Below are positions 40,899 through 54,950 of a stretch of 64,000 nt of DNA, one piece after another; positions within the stretch are counted from its first letter, which is position 1, and every line of letters starts with the position of its first letter. A model generated the notes under the pieces. That model was not told the origin of the DNA, searched no databases, and was given only the letters and a program-made list of their open reading frames with translations. Made by a program: the position numbers and the translations under genes. The stretch is from Chrysomallon squamiferum (taxonomy: Eukaryota > Animalia > Mollusca), in contig CM022679.1 of assembly GCA_012295275.1 (NCBI GenBank), positions 18,662,001 to 18,726,000 on the forward strand. Reading direction: 5' to 3'.

Positions 40899-42484
40899 TA
40901 GAGAGACTGATATGTATACATTTCTGTTAAAATATTAAGTAAATGCAGTGATTCTTTTCTATAACAAAATGTAAGTATATGGCCAGAACTGTGTTAATTA
41001 ATTAATCTTCTAATGAATTTGGTTAAATATATACGAAACATTAGTTTATGTACAGATCAGTAATAACAATAAATGGCCCAAACCTCACAAATTATACACA
41101 GTCTTATTAATCCGGGTACTGCTAGATATAACACAATGAAACCACGTTCGAAGAAAATATCTGTATGTAAAAACCGCTTGATTAAAAGGCGACAGCTGAA
41201 AGAATCTGATTAGATGACCAAACATTGAGCTAAGCATGCAAATTGCTTCCGGTGTTTGCGTTGCTCCCAAAACAATTTTTCCATGTATTGTGGTGATTAT
41301 AACGCTATCTTCATCAGCTCGAGGTCACCTGCTTTTGTTGATGACGCTGTCATGAGACCACAAAACGATGTTTACATGACATCTCCGTTCGCTTTGTAAT
41401 ATAAACCCATCATCACCACAGCTTGACTTGACGTCTGAAAATGAGACAAAAACAGCGAGGTAAGAAAAATAGAGAAGTAAGAGCGAACCAGTACTAAAAA
41501 TATTTAATAACAATTTAAAAATAAAATAAAAAATCCGTTAAGCATTTTTAACTTTGAACCTTTCAGCTCATATTACCTAATTTAAAGTCTGAGAAAAGTG
41601 GTTCAAATATGTAGAACATAGAATCATAAAAAGGACATTAAATATGTTTAGTAAGTATATATTTTCTTTTGGTACTTTTCAAATATTTGCTAAATTAAAA
41701 TTCACTTTCTGTTTTTACCTGAAACTGTTTCTACAAATATAAACACAGAACATTTTTACCAGTACTGTTTCATAATATACTCTGAATGCATAATATATCG
41801 CGCATGAACAACATTCTAACAGTAGTCTGACGTTACACGAGTAAATTAATATCTCATCTCATAGAAAAACTAATGTCATGAAATAATATTTTGTTTCACC
41901 ATTTACCACTGTTCAAGTCATATATATGTTACAATGCTTTTTTACTTTACGTAGTATTTACCTTATTGAATCGAGAGATCTTTACACCCAAGCTCTCATT
42001 AACATTTACAGGTGAGAAGAAAAAATTGAAAGAAACTCAAAACAAAACATCAAATAATAAAAAGTAATAATGCAATTTCGTAAAGAATGGAAGAATGAAA
42101 ACGTTGTAGCAGCGTCTTTGCAGCATCAGATCTGAAAACAAAATCATATTTATTTAATGTTAATTTTCATTATTACCATTATTTTTAATATTCTTCAGAT
42201 TAATAATATTAAATATGATGTTTTGATTAGTGTTTCCTACATTATAGAATGGTAGAGTAGAATATACTGCAATGTCTATAGAGAAACAATTTCATAATAT
42301 GAACATATTGTGATTTTATAAAATTCATTTAAGACCTCTATAATTCTGAATGAATAAATTACTAAAAGAGTGATCGACTTTGATTAAAATAAATATAAAT
42401 TTTTATTTTATCATGAAGAACTCCTTTTTAATCTACGATTATGTGGTTCAGAGATAATAACAGAGAATGCCACGATAACATACT

Positions 42485-42640
42485 TTTTTCGATTGGCAGT
42501 AAGGGAACTTTTATGCGAATATTGCCGTCGACAAGGCAGCTTATATCAAGTTCCATGTTAAACCAGCTGTAGGCAGGGCATGATCGAAAAATAGCTGACA
42601 AGGATTAATTGTTCGACCTTCCACCTACTAACCACCTTAT
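42485..42640 (-). mobile_element. Degenerate SINE with a Meta-domain-like segment
   Basis: GGCAGTAAGGGAACTTTTATGCG...GACAAGGCAGCTTATATCA...AAACCAGCTGT aligns by eye with the reverse complement of the MetaSINE central domain as I recall it. Confidence 0.55.
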
Positions 42641-44217
42641 TATTTTATATTTTATAACACGTATCTCATTATTAGTAAAGTAATTATTTTTTTAATCTTT
42701 TAACTCACTCCACAACTATCTTTGTTTTCTGTCGTCTTTAGCCATAGGCATGTCAGTCTAGGTAAGACAATAATGAAACTTTAATACTCCATACGTATTT
42801 CACTGGGCATCAGATACCTTTTAAGTGAGAAGCACAATACATTCTTAAACAATTCTTCTGAGAAAAAATATATTATAAAAATAAAGGGAAAGTCATAAAT
42901 AATATAAAGATGGCTGATAGAGAGTGATTTGATTATTAAATTTTGTTTGTCACATAATATATTTTTATGTCTCACAATATTTCTTTTATCATTTTAGTGA
43001 TGAAGAAAGTTCACAATCTAACAATTTACCAATATGTAAAATAGAGAAAATAAATTAAAATCAAACTGATATATTTCTCGTTAATAATTAATTCTGACAA
43101 AGATGAATAAAACAAAACAATAGCAACAACAGTATAGAGAAGTATACAGAAAAATTAAATTATTTAAAATAAAATATTTGTACACAAGACTGTACATTTT
43201 GACTTAAAAATAAAGTTTACACATCCCTGCTGGTGAAGTGATAAAAAGAAAGACAAATCAATAATGCTCGCAAAATTTTAGTACATTCTTTAAACTGCAG
43301 ACTTTTTCTGGTTCTTTTCCTTTTATCTTTTCGAACTCCTTCATCTCCTTTACTGCCCCATAAATAAAACTAAAAAGAGTGCTAAAAATATAACAGTAAA
43401 ATGTTATAAATTCATTCATGGAATTTCGTGAAGTTTTTGGACAATGTTAGTTTTTCTATGATATAAACTTAGTTCACTAAAAAAGACAAATGTACACATT
43501 AATAATTCTATATTTAATGATTGGGCGATGTTTGTGCCGTTTTCTAAATGTAAATCTATTTTACAAAATTATTTTAAACCCTTCCCACGTTATTGGACTT
43601 TGAAATTCTGTTGAACACAAGGCTCTCAGTCAGTTACAGTGGGATACGTAGAACCTGTTTATTTATTTACCTCTTGCTAGGTTCTGGTCTGTGATTCGAA
43701 TCCAATTTCTATCAGTGTTATAATTCAGATGATTAAACATTGCGCCACGAATCAGACAAATTGGCAACCAACTTGCCATAGCGCATGGCTAGAATTACAT
43801 ATTCTAGGAAGAAAAAGAAATAAAAACGAGCACATCTTCATAACGATTTTTGTTAAAAAATCTAGTCTCCTTTGTCCAGAGGGCATCTGAAATCTAGACT
43901 TTGATATCCGAGCAGTACAAACACCGTGAAAGATAAAAGAAAGACAAGTTATCAAGGGATATAACCTGTAATAGATAATGATAAAAGAACAGCGAGTGCA
44001 AGCCCTCTTGAAAACAATTTCAATGTTTTGCTGCTACATTAAAGATCTTTCTAAGACAACGAACATTTCCTTTAATTTACTCGGCATCATTTAAATTATG
44101 AACGAAGTTTCTTTGCTTTTAATTTATATTTTGCTGAACATTTTAATATGTTTTGTTTTTGGGTTTTTTAAAACGATATAACTTTTTTTCTTTTTGACTT
44201 TAAGCATGAATCATAAA

Positions 44218-44263
<46 letters not shown>

Positions 44264-44272
44264 TAATAATAA

Positions 44273-44303
<31 letters not shown>

Positions 44304-45278
44304 AATAAAAATAAAAAATAAAAAATGAAACAAAATAAAACAAAATAAAATAAATAACTATCTAAATTGTATTTTTTCAAATTTATTTTTGAATACTGAC
44401 GTTATGCAGAACCTGCCAAATTTAATCCAAAGAAATGAAATTAACTGGCCATGCAACAGGACACAGGAACTGCAATGAATTTGTGCTTTAAAAAATTACA
44501 TGAAGCACGTAAACCGTCTATAACAGTTGAAAGTGAATACTAAATAGAAGGGATCGTGTAAACATGGCAGAAAGAGTAAAATTTTGTATAAGTTTTCCTG
44601 AATCGATTTTCACAGGGAATCAAGTTATAAGTATAATGTAACTTTATCAGAATTTTAATTGTTATCCAGCTGTAATTTCAAAATATTTAACATCAGATTA
44701 CAAAGTTTCATTCAAATATCTAACAATATTTTCAGACTGTATATGTTAGCGCATAAAGTATATATTTACATACATCACAGCATCTTCAAAAACAGCAATT
44801 ATCTTGAAATTCAGTGTTAAAAGTAACTGACTGTTTCTTGCGGCATCGTGGTTCCAGAATATCATTATTAGTATGGATACGAGATACCATTATAAGATCA
44901 AAGACTTTTCCAAGAATGGGTACATTTGTATTTTTTTGTTGCAGCTGACACCAGAAGGCAGTTTGTCATGTTTTCTGCTTAATTATTATCTCTGATAATA
45001 GCTGTATGTCGCTAGACGGAACGTGATTTAGGCCGTAAAGTACAACTTTAGCGCGAAAATATTTAGTTTCAATAATAATAAAACTAATCCACGAAAATAA
45101 TTAATATTGTGCTGAGTAAAAAACAATCATATAAAAAAGCAGTAAGAAAAAGAAATGATTTTGATGATGGTAATAATGATCATCAGTGGGAAATTTGACT
45201 GTTCAATATGAAAACGAAACGATAACACTGCTAATAAAACATTTACATAAGGCTAGATCTCTTGAAACTAAAATAACT

Positions 45279-45365
<87 letters not shown>

Positions 45366-47534
45366 GAATGCATGAACAGGAATTCTAATGGAAAGTAATT
45401 TTGATTTGTTTATGTTTTGAAAAAACTATAAAACAAGTATAGAACTGGTTCAATAATCGCATAAAGAAATACAAAGCAGTGTATGTTCATTCAGAATTGA
45501 CGTTATGGTTAGTTTTCATTATTATTAATATTATTAATGCAATGACACATACAGTTTTATTGCACTATTCAATGCAAGACTTTCCTCTGTTGACTCTGTC
45601 TCACTGTGTACCCACAAACTGTTTTTACTGAATTGTTGCATTGACTAAAAATGAAAAATGCATTTAAGATGTTATATTCGAAGTCATGGTTATTGATTCA
45701 GTTGATTACTAGAAGAAATGTATATCTATGCATGCATATACAAATATATACAGTGTACTTGTTATTTAAGGTGTTGAACCAAGAGAAACAAAACGTAACT
45801 CTACAGAAAAGGTAATAAGAATCTTTAATTTTTCTAGATTTTGAATAGAACTTCAAAGTGGCATAAAAAGCAATTCTTCGTTTCTTTTCTCTTTAATAAA
45901 TTATCACAGAAATAGACTGTAGTCACAAATTGTATTTAATATAAAGTCAGTGAAATATACGAATGGTGAATAAACTAAATCATGTTTACATTAGTTAAGG
46001 TAATAGTAATTCGTGACTTTACTATTTGAAGATTTAATTTTAATAAAATTAGTTTATCTCATTACTGACCTAATAAATCCATTCCTTTTAAATAGATGAA
46101 CTGATAATTTTGTTCAGACATTTCGACAAGAAATGTTTTTGATGAAAGGCTGATCAGATCTGATTCTATTGAAAAAACTATTCGACGAACGACTACACTT
46201 ATATCATATAATAATTTTCAGAATACATTTCATACAATCATATTTGTCTGATATAAATATTTTGAAGGATGGACACAGACATATAATGGGGCTTTTTAAG
46301 ATGTAAATTTGATGGTAGGAAGAAATGGTCTATATATATACTAAAGCGTTCTGTAATGTTAATACTGCCATTGTAATATGGTTTTGTCAAATAAAGGAAA
46401 GTAAAGAACTGCAGCAGCGATGTGTACATAAAACTGTATAAAGAGACGTGCATGCAAGGCCAACAGTTGCTCGTTATTTTTTTTAAAAAGGATGTCTGTT
46501 GTGATCAGCTCAAGATTGTAACTCTTTGTCATTTATCGATAAAGTACTTTTCCGTAAAAGTGCATTATTTTAATGCTTTAATGGTAAATTAGTAAGTAAC
46601 AGAACTTATAATTCCCAGTTCATAAGTAAAACATAAATATTGAAAAATGTATGTCATGATGTAATTTCAGTGGTGTTCAGTAAATAATCCGTTTGCTTCT
46701 AAGTTTGTTTCTTTGTTGTTGTTATTTTTATATATTTATTTTATTTTATTTTATTTTATTTTATTTTATGTACTCTTCCAATGTTAATTAACTTTGAAGT
46801 ATAAAAATAAAAGAGTACATTTTAAACATATATTTAGTGGCCTCATCGCATTCAAGACGGACCGAAGATTTTTCTGATATGAGAAAAATACACCAATCAG
46901 TCCAACATGTGCGGGATAACGCCAAGACTCCATTTGTGAAAGAATATAATTGTAGTGTTCAAGTCTTTTGTAATAGTATTATTTTATTGTAGCTGAAGGT
47001 CATATAAATAATACACAATAAAGCTAAAGATTAGATGTCTGACAGAATAGAATATGGCTAAACGAAGTTTTTTAAGGAGAGAATTATCTTTGATTAATTG
47101 GATGAAATCACAAAATGAAAACTGAAAATGCACATTTGCCACTGTCTTCCGGAACAGAATGGAAACATTGTAAAAACAAAATGATTGTTATTGGAGGTTT
47201 AGTGGTAAAATTTCACAAGGATGACGCAGTTCATTGCCACTCATGTGTGGTTTTTTAAAGTGTTCAACTGACGTACAGTAACAACAAAATCAAAATAAAA
47301 GAATTAACTGTGAAATAAAAAGAACAATACAGAAGTTTAAAGTTGCAGCGATTTATCGGGGTGACCAGAAAATACAATAGAGAGAGTCTTATTTTAACCC
47401 GTCTTCCAAAATGATTTAACTGGTTAATCAAATTATTATTCCAGCTAATGAAAAGAGAAAATAATTTTAATTACATAACCTGAAGTTACTGAGCTGTTTC
47501 TAAAGCATATGGAACATGCAGTAATAATTTTTTT

Positions 47535-50492
47535 ATCTGTATCCATATAGTTAAGAGAATCAACTTAGTATTAAAACAATCTGTATCCTAGTATGTACGT
47601 TGTAGAGAATCAACGAAGTATTAAAACTATATATATTCCAGTATGCACTTTGTAGAGCCAGAGGTCACCCCAACCATTTTGAACTTTATAGGTACAGAGT
47701 CACACGAAGGGCTATCAGTTTGTTACACTCTTCTGAAATAACAAATTTGTTCAGTTTATCTTTAGTTATATATTATTTTTAATACTACCCATCTATGTGA
47801 AGACACTGATCACGTTAATGATTTCTCAAAATAATTATGAAAATTACATTTTAGACGCAGCTCACCGTGTTGTTCTCTTTTAGGAACAGGCCTGCGGGCG
47901 ACTAATGCGGTTCTTGGGTGCGACCTGGTGCCCGCGCTCACCATGTTGGTAATCCCTGTTGTAGAGAATCTCGCAGTATTAAAGCTATCTGTATCCGACA
48001 ATGCATATTGTAGAGAATCTCGCAGTATTAAAGCTATCTGTATCCGACAATGCATATTGTAGAGAATCTCGCAGTATTAAAGCTATCTGTATCCGACAAT
48101 TCATACTGTAGAGAATCTCACAGTATTAAAACTATCTGTATCCGACAATGCATATTGTAGAGATTCAACGCGGTATTAAACTATACTATCCCAGTATGTA
48201 CATTGTAGAGAATCAGTGCGGTATTAAAACTATCTGTATCCCAGTGTATACATTGTAGATACATTGTATTAAAACTACTGTATCCGACAATGCATATTGT
48301 AGAGAATCAATACAGTATTAAAACTATCAGTATCCGACAATGCATACTGTAGAGAATCAATGCAGAATTAAAACTATCTGTATCCGACAATGCATACTGT
48401 AGAGAATCAATGCAGAATTAAAACTGTTTCCCAGAATGTACATTGTAGAGAATCAATGCGGTATTAAAACTATCTGTATCCCAGAATGTATATTATAAAG
48501 AATCAATGCAGAATTAAAACTATCAGTATCCGAGAATGTATATTGTAAAAAAATCAATGCAGAATTAAAACTGTTTCCCAGAATGTACAGTGTAGAGAAT
48601 CACTGCGGTATTAAACTATCAGTTTCCCAGAATGTATATTGTAGAGCTTCAACGTGTTATTAAAACTGTTTGTTTCCCAGAATGTATATTGTAAAGAATC
48701 AATGCAATACTAAAATTATCTGTATCCCAGTATGTACATTGTAGAGAATCAACGCGGAATTAAAACTATCTGTATCCCAGAATGTATATTGTAGAGATTC
48801 AACGGGGTATTAAACTATACTATCCCAGTATGTACAGTGTAGACATTCAATGCGGTATTAAAACTATCTGAATCCCAGAAAGTATATTGTAAAGAATCAA
48901 GGCGGTATTAAAAGTATATGTATCCAAGAACGTATATTGTAGAGAAACAACGGGGTATTAAAACTATCTAAATCCCACAATGTACACTGAAGAGAATCAG
49001 TCCGGTATTAAAACTATCTGTATCCCAGAATGTGTATTGTAGAGAATCAACGAGGTATTAAAACTATTTGTAACCCAGAATGTACACTACAGAGAATCAA
49101 CACGGTTTAAAAAGTATCTGTATACCAGAATGTACATTGTAAAGAGTCAGTGCGGTACTAAAACTACCTCCATCCCAAAAAGTATATTACAGAGATTCAA
49201 CCCGGTATTAAAACTATCTGTATCGCAGTTTGTACATTGTAGAGATTCAACCCGGTATTAATACTATCTGAATCCCAGAATCTATATTGTGGGGATTCAA
49301 GGCGGTATTAAAACTATCTGTAACCCTTTATGTACACTGTAGAGAACCTACGCGGTATTAAAACTATCTGTATCGCAGTATTTACATTGTAAAGACTCAA
49401 CGCGGTATTAAAACTACCTCCATCCCAAAAAGTATATTACAGAGAATCAACCCGGTATTAAAACTATCAGTATCGCAGTATGTACATTGTAAAGATTCAA
49501 CCCGGTATTAATACTATCTGTATCCCAGAATCTATATTGTGGGGATTCAAGGCGGTATTAAAACTATTTGTATCCCGTTATGTACTTTTTAGAGAATGAA
49601 CGCTGTACTAAAACTATCTGTATCGCAGTATGTACATTGTAAAGAGTCAACGCGATATTAATACTATCTGTATCCAAGAATGCATATTATAGAGACTCAA
49701 CTCGATATTAAAACTATCTGTATCCCAGTATGTACATTGTAGAGATTCATCGCTGTATTAATACTATCTGTATCCCAGAATCTATATTGTGGAGATTCAA
49801 GACGGTATTAAAACTATCTGTATCCCATTATGTACACTGTATAGAATCAAAGCGGTATTAAAACTATCTGTATCCCGTATGTACATTGTAAAGAATCAAT
49901 TCGCTACTAAAACCATCTGTATCGCAGTATGTACATTGTAAAGAGTCAACGCGATATTAATACTGTCTGTATCCCAGAATGTATATTGTTGAGATTCAAC
50001 GCGGTATTAAAATAATCTGTATCCCAGTATGTACATTGTCGATATTGAACTCGGTATTAAAACTATCTGTATCCCAGAATATGTATTGCAGAAAATCATC
50101 GCGGGATTAAAACTATCTGTATCCCAGAATGTACATAATAAAGAAACAACGCAGTATCAAAACTATCTGGATCCCATAATGTATATTGTAAAGATTCAAC
50201 GCTGTATTGAAACTATCTGCATACCAGAATTAATATTAGAGCGAGAGATCCCGGCGTATTAAAATTATCTGCATCCCAATATGTACACTGTAGTGAAGCA
50301 ACGCGGTATTAAAACTATCTGTATTCCAGAATGTATATTGTAGAGATTCAATGCGGTATTAACACTATGTGTATCCCAATATGTACAGTGTAGAGAATTA
50401 ATGGGATGCTAAAACTATCTTTATCCCAGAACGTACAGTGTAGAGATTCAACGCGGAAATAAAATTATCTGAATACCAGAGTGTACATTGTA
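47535..50492. repeat. 49-50-bp tandem satellite, about 50 copies
   Basis: Unit TGTAGAGAATCAACGCGGTATTAAAACTATCTGTATCCCAGTATGTACAT, interrupted by a MITE at 47659-47958. Confidence 0.97.
47659..47958. mobile_element. hAT-family MITE
   Basis: Ends CAGAGGTCACCCCAAC and GTTGGTAATCCCTG are imperfect hAT-type TIRs. 8-bp TSD TTGTAGAG at 47650-47657 and 47959-47966, with one extra C on the left. GC-rich subterminal CCCGCG motifs. Confidence 0.85.
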
Positions 50493-52149
50493 AAACTGAT
50501 GTAATCAATTTCTGCAAACTATTCATGGAGAGATAGAAGACACCTTCCTCATTTTCGTTCCCTCTTTACAGTTTATTCATTATACGAAACGCTTTGGGCG
50601 GAAGTGTCATTGATTTCGTAATATTTTGATTTTGCAATATAAGGAAATAATCTTAACAGGAAATCTATTTATATACCACACAGAAGTCATAAATATAGTC
50701 CGAAGGTAATTTTATTTTTGCAGGAAAACATCATACAAAACTATTTCAACACTACGAAAAATGTTTGGGTTTCGAATTTCCAAATAAGAGATGGTCCTCC
50801 GTTACTCAGCTGATTTAACAATATTTAAATCGGTAATCATATATTACATATCAAATAACGCTTTTAATATTTGTATTCTACCTGTTTAAATTCATCATAG
50901 AACGATAACATATATCAAGTTACCGTCTTTTTAGAATACTCAGCCAGAATATACAGTAACATTGATCACCTCGGTCTTGTGGTGAATTTAAAAAATTATT
51001 TGTCAGAAAGCTACTGATGAAAACGCTGTTTACAAATGAACATTTATCTAATAATGAACTAAGATTTACGAATTAGGGGCAGTGGAGAAGCAACTGCTCT
51101 TCATAAATCGGGGATACTTTAGAAAAAAACAAGAAGAATTTAGTACCTATGTTTTTATCTCTGTGAAATTTCGGGCAAATCAAACCCTGTTTCTCCTGAA
51201 TCTAAGAGTCTCCATACTTTTGTTTAATTAAGACCTTCAACAACATTATCTAGAATTAGTTTTAATAATTATGTAACTTTGTTTCCGATAGAGCTTTTTT
51301 TCGTTCTTTCTTTCTTTCTTTTACAGTATTTTTTCCCCGTTCTTTTAATACCTTTGGTAAAACTCATAGCTCGTGGAAATTTATCTAAATTTCACAAAAT
51401 TTAACAAATGATTGCGTTGGAAATGTCAAGATTTTCCGTTAAATGGGATAGAAAAATTGCCCTAGTTTCATTATTTCTCTATTTTCCCGTAGAATTCCAA
51501 CTTCTTTTATTTTTGAGTTTGTTATATAATGCAGTGTTAATATCAAAGTTCCTTTAAAAGAAAATGAAACCTTCAGTTAAAAGAAATTATCATCTGTCTA
51601 ACTGAAAATAAAAACAATTATATCTTAAAATATTTGGTTGTGCACACATCTATGTTTTGTACGCTGAAATAGTTTTAATCAGCTAGTAAAACTAGTCTAT
51701 GTAAGTGTAGATAGCGTTTAGTGTAATTTGCTGTTATCATTGTGATTCTAGTTCTAAATTAAATTCTCGGGCAGATCTGTTAGATTTTCCTACTTAAATT
51801 GTCCATTAACAATATTTCTCAGTCATATTCTATTTTTTAGTTGTTTTTGTTTTTCTTATTTTGTTTTGTGAAGCAGTAACTATATTGTGCATAAGCCTTC
51901 GAAAAATACGCTACATTAATGTCTTTCCTGTAGCGTAATGTCGACTCATTTGTTTCTCACAAAGGTCATCTTCCTTATGTACATCCTTATCAGCAATGCT
52001 GCACAATATCGTTGGCAAAAACATATAATAATAATAATAATAAATAATTACGGAAGTCGCGAAAGTGCTAAAAACGATTGTAGTCTTATCTATTGCAATA
52101 GATTAGATTATAATTTGTATCTCTTCTCTGGAAATTTACCGTCAGATAT

Positions 52150-52590
52150 TTATTACTGAATGTCTTTTATTACTGTTCAGATATCTTTCATTCCTTTACA
52201 GTCACCATTCATTTCTGAATATCTTTTATTACTCTACAGTCACAGTTTTATTCTGAATATCTTTTATTACTGTGCAGTCACAGTTTTATTCTGAATATCT
52301 TTTATTACTGTACAGTCAGTTTTTTATTCTGAATATTTTTTATTACTGTGCAGTCACAGTTTTATTCTGAATACTTGTTATTGCTGTACAGTTAAAATTG
52401 TATTCTAATTATCTTTTATTACTGTGCAATCACAGTTTTATTCTAAATATCTGTTATTACTGTGCAGTCACAGTTTTATTCTGAATATCTGTTATTGCTG
52501 TACAGTTTTAATTTTATTCTGAATATCTTTTATTACTGTGCAATCACAGTTTTATTCTGAATAGCTTTTATTACTGTGCAGTATATATTC
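52150..52590. repeat. 38-bp minisatellite, about 11 copies
   Basis: Unit TTTTATTACTGTGCAGTCACAGTTTTATTCTGAATATC. Confidence 0.95.
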
Positions 52591-54011
52591 TGTATTATAT
52601 TTGTTCACATTGTTTTAATATCTCTATTTTGTTCTTACATTATTAGTTACTGTATAATATAATTGCTATGTCTACTAAAGTTTGAAGATTTGGAAAATTT
52701 CAGGGTTAATGTAGACATTCACGATTTCATGGATTTTTGCATTTTCCGGACCGGTGCTCCCCACTATTAGTCCGTGAAATCGAGGGTCAACACTGTTTAT
52801 TATTTGTTGAAATTAACTGATTTTCATGCGATTTTGGTTTGATTAATTAACTGTGAATGATACCCAATAATCTATCTAGACATAAACACAAGTTACAGAA
52901 AATAAAACTAAAACATACAAATCCAACAAGCTATATTCACGTGAACATTTTCTAAATTCAAGAAATAATTAAATAATTACCAAGTCTATGTTTATTTATT
53001 ATATTTTTTTACTATATTTATTTAACATATCTAAAAAAAAAGTACCACTTACCCATTGACTGTTGTTATTAAGATATTTATTACTAAATTTACAATTTTC
53101 AGTATACATCAACTCATATGAAAAAGTACAACATTAATTTTTTTTTATTTATTTAAACTTTTTCTTTTTGTGGGGCAGTTCTAGAGTTACATTTCATTTA
53201 TACATAACTTCAAAAAAAATAAAAAATATTTTGTTATTTGTTTATTTATGCTGGTTCGTTCGTTTGTCTGCTCTTCTCCAATTTCAGATGCTGTCGTTTA
53301 TTTAAGAAAGATACCATTTCCATCTCTAAATAATTCATAAATTATTCCCAACAATTCCCATAAGCAATTTTCATTAACTTGTTCGAATCCCGCAATAAGC
53401 TTTAACTGCACGCTTTATATGCAATGGATTAGCATTCTGCATTTTGCGAAGAACTGCAATACAAAGTATAAGCTAGGTTTTAGGCTCAGGAATTTTTTAT
53501 TTTTTATTTTTTAACTGACCCCTGTATGACCAAAATAGCCATGCTCACTAATGGCTGGCAGATTTTTGCATTAAATTGGCTCTATTTTCAGTTCACTTCT
53601 TGCGAATCTGGCTAAATTACAACGCCATTATTTTTTATTGTTGCAGCTCCACCACTAATTGGTAGATTCGCTGGGATTCTGTGAGGCCAGCAAATCAGAT
53701 CAGAGATTCCAACGCCTTTCACTTGGCGTTCAACTAATTGTTGTCAAGAGCTGTGTTGGGGCATCTGCGGGCTAATTCTCAGAGGGTAGAATTCTGAAAA
53801 TACGAAAAGATCACGTCCCAGTCTTTCCCCAGACGGCCTGATGAAAGAGAACAACTCAGTAATAGTCACTACTGTATCAAATTACGAAAATATCGTTGTG
53901 AGCCCAAAATTGTTTAATAGGCGTTACCCTTTATAATTTGATGTAGTCGCGAATAACAATTTCTATATATACATAAATTCACAAACACACACACAACATG
54001 CATACATAGTT

Positions 54012-54094
<83 letters not shown>

Positions 54095-54106
54095 CATATT
54101 TATATA

Positions 54107-54790
54107 TAGTGGTACCTTGACTTACGAGTTTAATTTGTTCCGTTACCTAGCTCGTAACTCAATTTGCTCGTATATAAAATCAGTTTTCCCAAATGAAATT
54201 AATTGATATACCATTAATCCGTTCCTGCCCCCCTCCCCTAAAACCACCCTAATCTTTTGTAACGTATATTTAATGTATAGATGACAAATAATGTATGTAT
54301 AATTACAAAATAAAAGACAATGTAAAGAAATAAATAGGTTTTGTAAGGTGTACAGGGTTAGGATTTCTTCATCTTTTCATGGACAGAAATCCGAAGCTTA
54401 GAAATTATTTTAACACCTTTCGCTGGATTTATAGCCTTTATCGACCCTTTCTGCTTGGTACATATCGTAAAAGTACTGCTCTCATAGTGCCTAGCCATGA
54501 TGACTATGCGCACGCCTCGCTCCTTTTTTTCTTTGATTTCAAGTTTTGATTCAATGGACATCATCCGCTTCTTCTTCTCAGCACTGTCCTTTGCACTCTT
54601 TTTCTTAGGATCTATGGTCAGAAAAAAGAAATTTGGCAAAATACTGCAGAAATACGAGCACAACACAGCAGAGATACTTCCACGGCGAATCTGTAACTCG
54701 GATTTTGGCTCGCAGCTCAAAGCAAAAAATCGACCGCTCGTAACTCGGAAAACTCGTAAGTTGGAGCACTCATAAGTCAAGGTATCACTG
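54107..54790 (-). mobile_element. Internally deleted Tigger/pogo (Tc1/mariner superfamily) transposon
   Basis: 23-bp TIRs (C)AGTGGTACCTTGACTTACGAGT / ACTCATAAGTCAAGGTATCACTG in TA context. The minus-strand frame PKK...KKRMMSIESKLEIKEKKERGVRIVIMARHY...TICT...AKGVKIISKLR...EKMKK is a CENP-B-type N-terminal HTH of a Tigger transposase. Confidence 0.9.
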
Positions 54791-54800
54791 TATATATATA

Positions 54801-54827
54801 TATTCAACAACCTTAAGTAAGGAAGTA

Positions 54828-54863
<36 letters not shown>

Positions 54864-54869
54864 ATGTAT

Positions 54870-54902
<33 letters not shown>

Positions 54903-54950
54903 TATATATGTACACACACGCAGTACTTCCTTACTTAATGTTGTTGAATA
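54801..54950. repeat. Fold-back inverted repeat around (TG)n/(CA)n
   Basis: 28-bp arms 54801-54828 and 54923-54950 match 27/28; the inner TG and CA tracts are also complementary. Confidence 0.92.

Noticed and set aside
53835-53905. Second hammerhead-like CTGATGA...CGAAA
   Set aside because: Stem II is not closed next to GAAA and there is no valid stem III or NUH site.
54358-54915. 185-aa ORF as a host gene
   Set aside because: Microsatellite start fused to a truncated Tigger transposase N-terminus.
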